Shown here: piece after piece, positions 56,786-64,000 of the stretch
How the letters are laid out: every line of letters starts with the position of its first letter
How positions within the stretch are numbered: position 1 is the first letter of the stretch
Assembly (NCBI GenBank): GCA_964016885.1
Contig: OZ024740.1
Span: forward strand, 289,354,001 to 289,418,000
DNA length: 64,000 nucleotides
Direction of reading: 5' to 3'
From: Eledone cirrhosa
Taxonomy: Eukaryota
Made by a program: the position numbers and the translations under genes
Notes under the pieces: model-generated
What the model was told of the DNA's origin: nothing
Seen by the model: only the letters and a program-made list of their open reading frames with translations
Databases searched by the model: none

Positions 56786-56922
56786 TATACATTGTTATAT
56801 CGAATGAATTAATTCTTGCAATCGATGGTGTGACATGCAATTTTCATCGAACACTGATTGATGAATCTACAGCACTAGATAATTTGTTCTGGATTTTCAT
56901 TGACACACACAGCTACACACAC

Positions 56923-57017
<95 letters not shown>

Positions 57018-57310
57018 CACAGAGAAACGCATGCACACACACTAACACAAAAAAGCACACACATACAACAAGCATACACAAATACAAATATATATATATA
57101 TATATATAAGTATGTACACGTACATACATATATGTATACAGACGTACAGTAGTATGTATATATATATACATACATGCACACATATATATATGTACGTATG
57201 GATTCACCGAACATTTATTATAATGCTCGGTGTGTTTGTAAACAAACATCCCGTATTAAGCCGTAGTGTCTAGCAACCATCGTTGCTCGTTTGTTCAACA
57301 CTGACAAAGG

Positions 57311-57355
57311 AACGCTGTACTAGTTTCAAGCTTATTAGCTATCGTCAGCAACGAA
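57311..57355 (-). ncRNA. Minimal type I hammerhead (diverged member of the 62.7-64 kb family; element about 57108-57460)
   Basis: Minus: cgttg CTGACGA tagct-aata-agctt GAAA ctag TA cagcg. Confidence 0.8.
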
Positions 57356-58111
57356 TACCTTCCTGCCAGATTGTTGAACGTATATACTTACCTTATGCAT
57401 ATTAACGGCTGAGTAGCCCAATTTGCATATCGAGTGGGTTAATCGGCCGGGTGCACCGTTCAATATATATATATATATTTATATATACAATCTAAGTATA
57501 AAATCATGCATGGATGTAATTGTCTTTCCTATTCATGTTACCATTGATGAAACGGCTCCATTTACTCTTAGAAGGCAAAACAAAAAAAAAACAAAGACAA
57601 AAAGAAAATCGAAACAGATTAATCTCCCAAACTTCTAACTTTTGTCTTTCACTAGTAATCGAAGCCTTCTTTGTAACTTTTCTGCAGTTCAATCTTCTCT
57701 GCTACAAAACTCTCATGACCTCTTTGTTCTGAGATTTACTTGATTCCTGGTATTTCTAATTTGGATTTCTTTGTCAGCGGTTATCTCCCCTTCCATCATG
57801 TAAATGGTTTTGGTGTCTACTCTCACATTAATTTTCTGATAGTTCGTTAATTTATGTTTGAGTTTTCTGACTATTTCTTCATGCGTTTCCGCTTAGTCCT
57901 CCTACATTCATCTGTTCTTAACCACCCTCTACCCTCTCAAAGTTGCACTCACATTTACGTTGTATCTGAGAAAAGAGATTAGATCTTTTTTTTTGTCCTT
58001 CAATAAATATTCTAGTCTTTGATGTTTTCAATGCTTCTATTAATTGTGTTTATTCTAACATTACTGATTCTACTGGAACCCATGTCTTTAATTTCTCTCT
58101 GTCTCTTTCTT

Positions 58112-58295
58112 ATAATTGTTTCTACTTTAGGCACAAGGCCAGCAATTACCCAGTGCATTACTGGTACTTTATTTTATCGACCCCGTAAGGATGAAAGGCA
58201 AAGTCAACCTCGGCGGGATTTGAACTCAGATCGTAAAGGGACGTAACTATGCTGGAAAGCATGGCGTCCGACCCTCTACTGATACTGCCAATCCA
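58112..58295 (-). mobile_element. SINE family A
   Basis: Consensus match. Confidence 0.9.
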
Positions 58296-59111
58296 CACGT
58301 TATCCAGATCAGAGCAGCCATGATCCTTTCTTCTTCGATCTTTACTCAGTGTCTGATCCTAGCTTTTGCTCTACATGGTCCCCCTGACCACGTTATAGTT
58401 TCTCAGAAAATATCTTTTGACTCTTTTCATAGCAATGGTTCTCCTTCTCATCATATCACTTATAACTATTAACAAGTTGATTAGGATACTTTCCGTAATT
58501 TTCTTCCCGATATTCTGTGGGATAATTTCCTTTCTCTTCCTACTAATGTTTGAACCACAAAACTGGCATCTTGGATTCCAACTGGTATTGATTATTTAAT
58601 TTCTTATCGGTGATACTAAGTCAAGCCTTATTCCACTCGCTGGTTTTCTCCTGCTTGTGACAGCTATTGCTTACTGGAGATATTTTCCCATCAAGCTCTC
58701 TAAAACATAAACTTATTTTCTTATTGACTAGGAAGCACTGTATGAAAGCTCTTGCAGATACAAAATCTTAGTTTTTGGCACGGACCAAATCTAGCAATGC
58801 TTCTCAGAAGCTGTGTTCACTAGACCATTGGAAAATCTATAATAATATAGTCAATAATGATAAAAATAGCATTCGTCATATCTTCAATGGTTATAACGTA
58901 CTAAATTATTCTAAAGATAAATTTGAATTGCTTGCTCAATTGTTTTCCTATAATTCTACTATGCATTCATCTGATCACGTTCTTCCAGACTCAACTTTTC
59001 GATTTATAGCTTCTAAATCTGTGGCGCAGATAATTTCCAGTATCAACACTTATACTTGTTCTGTTTTTTTATGAATACGTCTGGGGATCATATCATATCA
59101 TATATATATAT

Positions 59112-59282
59112 ATGAACGAGTAGGACCCCGACGGCTGAGCTCAAGCCGTTTCGACGGCTAATTCTGGACTAATTAGCTCAGCCGTCGGGGTCCTACTCGT
59201 TCATATTACCCACTCTACAACCCCAAGTATTGAGTACTTTGGTGCGTTATGGTCCACCTGGTTCCTTACCACATTTCCTCCG

Positions 59283-59285
<3 letters not shown>
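59112..59285. mobile_element. Penelope pLTR remnant with inversion
   Basis: Homologous to 11157-11310 and 34890-35085. Confidence 0.75.
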
Positions 59286-59320
<35 letters not shown>

Positions 59321-59361
59321 AAATATAATAATAAGGGCGCTGCGGAGTTGCAAATGGGTTA

Positions 59362-59591
<230 letters not shown>

Positions 59592-59944
59592 ATATAGATA
59601 GATACATACATATATATATACATATATATATATATGAAAAAAAAAATGTTATTGCATTACGCGCGTTTCGCAGAGGATTGTAACAAAAGATCACGAGTCT
59701 GAGGAGTAGATCAATACTGGAGTCGGGTCCATAACTCCTATGGGTCACCTTGAGCAAATCCTCTGCGAAACGTGCGTAACAAGTCGATATGCAATAAATA
59801 TTTTTCATATATAAACGAAGCCTCTTCGTTTTTTCTATTATATACACTCTGCCTGTGCAGAATGCTTGATTTGGTACCAACACCAGTATTTAACCGTACT
59901 GCCTACACTATACACGCACACACACACGTATATATATATATATA

Positions 59945-60145
59945 CAGATTTTTATAATATGTACAAAAATTTGATGTAAACGAAGCTTGCTTTCTCCGTT
60001 CTGGATCTTCTAAAGGTTTCTTATTGGGTTGAATTCATCCTACTAAGAAAAGTTTTGAAGATACACAACACTGAGTCATGCTGGATTTAGAACGGAGAAA
60101 GCAAGCTTAGCTAACATAAATGTTTAGTACATGTTATAAAGATCC
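59945..60145. repeat. Foldback element with imperfect inverted termini
   Basis: aagcttgctttctccgttct / agaacggagaaagcaagctt, with further outer pairing. Confidence 0.7.
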
Positions 60146-60150
60146 TTTAT

Positions 60151-60215
<65 letters not shown>

Positions 60216-60220
<5 letters not shown>

Positions 60221-62052
60221 ATAAATGCTCTGAAATAGCGATATATATGTGAATATAGACATAGAATATTCGAAAATATTCTGTATGTTTATAATAAACA
60301 TTTTGAAGACCTAATCGCTATAGAATAGAATACGTCACGTATTACAATTAGATTCTCGATAAAAGCAAGGGAAGTAATCTACGCGTTTCATTCTTGTTAG
60401 AATTCATCAGGACTACATATCCAGTGCTTTTATCGAGAATGACACAGCTAGAGACTTATAGAATACTTAGCTGTGTACAGGAACTGGTTTGAAAGAGCGG
60501 TTGCCGGTCCGGCAGAAATTAGAAATTGGAATAAATGCTCTGAAATAGCGATATATATGTGAATATAGACATAGAATATTCGAAAATATTCTGTATGTTT
60601 ATAATAAACATTTTGAAGACCTAATCGCTATAGAATAGAATACGTCACGTATTACAATTAGATTCTCGATAAAAGCAAGGGAAGTAATCTACGCGTTTCA
60701 TTCTTGTTAGAATTCATCAGGACTACATATCCAGTGCTTTTATCGAGAATGACACAGCTAGAGACTTATAGAATACTTAGCTGTGTACAGGAACTGGTTT
60801 GAAAGAGCGGTTGCCGGTCCGGCAGAAATTAGAAATTGGAATAAATGCTCTGAAATAGCGATATATATGTGAATATAGACATAGAATATTCGAAAATATT
60901 CTGTATGTTTATAATAAACATTTTGAAGACCTAATCGCTATAGAATAGAATACGTCACGTATTACAATTAGATTCTCGATAAAAGCAAGGGAAGTAATCT
61001 ACGCGTTTCATTCTTGTTAGAATTCATCAGGACTACATATCCAGTGCTTTTATCGAGAATGACACAGCTAGAGACTTATAGAATACTTAGCTGTGTACAG
61101 GAACTGGTTTGAAAGAGCGGTTGCCGGTCCGGCAGAAATTAGAAGTTGGAATAAATGCTCTGAAATAGCGATATATATGTGAATATAGACATAGAATATT
61201 CGAAAATATTCTGTATGTTTATAATAAACATTTTGAAGACCTAATCGCTATAGAATAGAATACGTCACGTATTACAATTAGATTCTCGATAAAAGCAAGG
61301 GAAGTAATCTACGCGTTTCATTCTTGTTAGAATTCATCAGGACTACATATCCAGTGCTTTTATCGAGAATGACACAGCTAGAGACTTATAGAATACTTAG
61401 CTGTGTACAGGAACTGGTTTGAAAGAGCGGTTGCCGGTCCGGCAGAAATTAGAAATTGGAATAAATGCTCTGAAATAGCGATATATATGTGAATATAGAC
61501 ATAGAATATTCGAAAATATTCTGTATGTTTATAATAAACATTTTGAAGACCTAATCGCTATAGAATAGAATACGTCACGTATTACAATTAGATTCTCGAT
61601 AAAAGCAAGGGAAGTAATCTACGCGTTTCATTCTTGTTAGAATTCATCAGGACCACATATCCAGTGCTTTTATCGAGAATGACACAGCTAGAGACTTATA
61701 GAATACTTAGCTGTGTACAGGAACTGGTTTGAAAGAGCGGTTGCCGGTCCGGCAGAAATTAGAAATTGGAATAAATGCTCTGAAATAGCGATATATATGT
61801 GAATATAGACATAGAATATTCGAAAATATTCTGTATGTTTATAATAAACATTTTGAAGACCTAATCGCTATAGAATAGAATACGTCACGTATTACAATTA
61901 GATTCTCGATAAAAGCAAGGGAAGTAATCTACGCGTTTCATTCTTGTTAGAATTCATCAGGACTACATATCCAGTGCTTTTATCGAGAATGACACAGCTA
62001 GAGACTTATAGAATACTTAGCTGTGAATATTTTCGAATATTCTATGTCTATA
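60216..62052 (-). repeat. 310-bp tandem array (~5.8 units) with one hammerhead per unit; retrozyme-like
   Basis: Units start at 60216, 60526, 60836, 61146, 61456 and 61766; ends with a short inverted piece at 62026-62052; (TA)n flanks. Confidence 0.95.
60352..60440 (-). ncRNA. Minimal type I hammerhead ribozyme (repeated every 310 bp, 6 copies)
   Basis: Minus: gtagtc CTGATGA attct-aaca-agaat GAAA cgcg TA gattac; distal helix I is a perfect 16-bp attctcgataaaagca / tgcttttatcgagaat. Confidence 0.9.
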
Positions 62053-62170
62053 TATATATATATATATATATACCAGGTGCGTTTTTAGTACCCCCTTTTT
62101 TATCATCATTTACCTTATATATATACACATTTACACAAACATATAATATACACATATACACACACAAACA

Positions 62171-62219
<49 letters not shown>

Positions 62220-62249
62220 GCACATATATATACATACATATGAATATAT

Positions 62250-62280
<31 letters not shown>

Positions 62281-62369
62281 GGAAAGTTATATTTAAATTG
62301 TTGGGTTACAACTAGTAAATATTTATAACTGATATAAAAGCACTCAACAAGTATTTGGAGTATATTTAC

Positions 62370-62637
62370 GATATTAAATAAATGGAAACTATATTTATAA
62401 AACCATATTTATTTCATTATATATATTTCAGGGATATCATATTAACAATATGTTATGCCTTCTTCAGACAAAATACAATATAGACAGTTTTATAGATAAA
62501 TAGATTTGACATACCGTTCAACATCGACTTGTATTTGAAAATCAACTTTTTCAAATACAAGTCGATGTTGAACGGTATGTCAAATCTATTTATATATAAA
62601 ACTGTCTATATTGAATTTTGTCTGAAGAAGGCATAAC

Positions 62638-62641
<4 letters not shown>
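62370..62641 (-). mobile_element. Foldback PLE-type insertion related to 54331-54668, hammerhead at ~62410-62476 (-)
   Basis: Shares ataaatggaaactatatttataaaa; minus: tattttgt CTGAAGA aggcataacatatt...aatatgatatccct GAAA tatata TA atgaaata. Confidence 0.75.
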
Positions 62642-62681
<40 letters not shown>

Positions 62682-62915
62682 TGCTACTGTACGTCTGTAT
62701 ACATATATGTATGTACGTATACAAACATACTTACATTTAAGTAAGTGCCATACTAAGAGTGAGAAATGAAATTTCGTTTTCATTTTTTTCAACTTATCGT
62801 TTTCGGTATGCCTGACCGATTTAACTCACTCAATATGCAAATTAGGCTGCTCAGCCGTTAATTTTCATAAGGAAATTATATACTTTCGAACGTTCAACTA
62901 TCTGGCAGATGGGTA

Positions 62916-62960
62916 AACGGTGCTGATGATAGCTAACAAGCTTGAAACTAGTACATCGTT
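62916..62960 (+). ncRNA. Minimal type I hammerhead ribozyme
   Basis: aacggtg CTGATGA tagct-aaca-agctt GAAA ctag TA catcgtt. Confidence 0.85.
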
Positions 62961-63122
62961 CCTGTATCAGTGTTGAACAAAAAGGTGACGTGGTTGCCTT
63001 AACACCGTATGGCATAAATTCAGGCTGTTCGCTTTGTTGACAAACAAACGAACAAAGCGGCCGGCGTTATAATAAACGTCGGCTAAACTGATGCGTGCAT
63101 ATATGTATGTGTACCTGTATGC

Positions 63123-63206
<84 letters not shown>

Positions 63207-63443
63207 GCATGCTACTGCACGTCTGTATACATATATGTATGTACGTATACATACATACTTACATTTAAGTAAGTGCCATACTAAGAGTGAGAAATGAAAT
63301 TTCGTTTTCATTTTTTTCAACTTATCGTTTTCGGTATGCCTGACCGATTTAACTCACTCAATATGCAAATTAGGCTGCTCAGCCGTTAATTTTCATAAGG
63401 AAAGTATATACTTTCGAACGTTCAACTATCTGGCAGATGGGTA

Positions 63444-63488
63444 AACGGTGCTGATGATAGCTAACAAGCTTGAAACTAGTACATCGTT
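63444..63488 (+). ncRNA. Minimal type I hammerhead ribozyme (second copy)
   Basis: Identical core 528 bp downstream of the first. Confidence 0.85.
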
Positions 63489-63650
63489 CCTGTGTCAGTG
63501 TTGAACAAAAAGGTGACGTGGTTGCCTTAACACCGTATGGCATAAATTCAGGCTGTTCGCTTTGTTGACAAACAAACGAACAAAGCGGCCGGCGTTATAA
63601 TAAACGTCGGCTAAACTGATGCGTGCATATATGTATGTGTACCTGTATGC

Positions 63651-63709
<59 letters not shown>

Positions 63710-63782
63710 CCCCACTCTCCTGAGCGTGAATCTAATAAACATTTGTCGTACTGCCTCTCTGTTCTGTCCCTGTTCAATTTTT

Positions 63783-63833
<51 letters not shown>

Positions 63834-64000
63834 TGCTACTGTACGTCTGTATACATATATGTATGTACGTATACATACATACTTACATTTAAGTAAGTGC
63901 CATACTAAGAGTGAGAAATGAAATTTCGTTTTCATTTTTTTCAACTTATCGTTTTCGGTATGCCTGACCGATTTAACTCACTCAATATGCAAATTAGGCT

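Larger units (their letters stand above)
62679..64000 (+). repeat. ~450-bp unit repeated with (TA)n spacers (starts 62679, 63207, 63831; runs off the window)
   Basis: Near-identical copies beginning gcatgctactg.acgtctgtatac. Confidence 0.92.

Noticed and set aside
58300-59075. Possible decayed CR1/Jockey-type LINE
   Set aside because: Only faint motifs visible; too degraded to support by eye.
60216-62052. Array as CRISPR or rDNA/5S repeat
   Set aside because: Units are identical with no unique spacers, there are no cas genes, the context is eukaryotic, and I see no rRNA similarity.

Overview
AT-rich eukaryotic genomic DNA, probably octopus or another cephalopod (inferred from the recurring tRNA-derived SINE families and the microsatellite load). 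I see no supportable host gene; the window is almost entirely mobile DNA and simple repeats, with a 200-N gap at 46963-47162. Contents: (i) one apparently intact R4/Dong-clade non-LTR retrotransposon (RT + CCHC + restriction-like endonuclease) inside (TAA)n. (ii) Two further R4-like families that end in, or sit inside, (TACA)n. (iii) RTE LINEs, some with three C-terminal C2H2 fingers, plus RTE-derived short elements with (TATG)n tails. (iv) A decayed Tx1/L1, tandem non-autonomous Helitrons, hAT/mariner/pogo MITEs and many SINEs. The most striking signal is a dense cluster of type I hammerhead ribozymes at about 49.4-64 kb, read by hand from the CTGANGA...GAAA...UH core plus helix pairing. It has about six sequence families embedded in (TA)n. 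These include a near-perfect 310-bp x ~5.8 tandem array with one minimal hammerhead per unit (retrozyme-like) and a U3-A8 core variant attached to a Penelope endonuclease remnant. Boundaries of decayed elements are approximate, and all family names are recognised by eye, not by database search.
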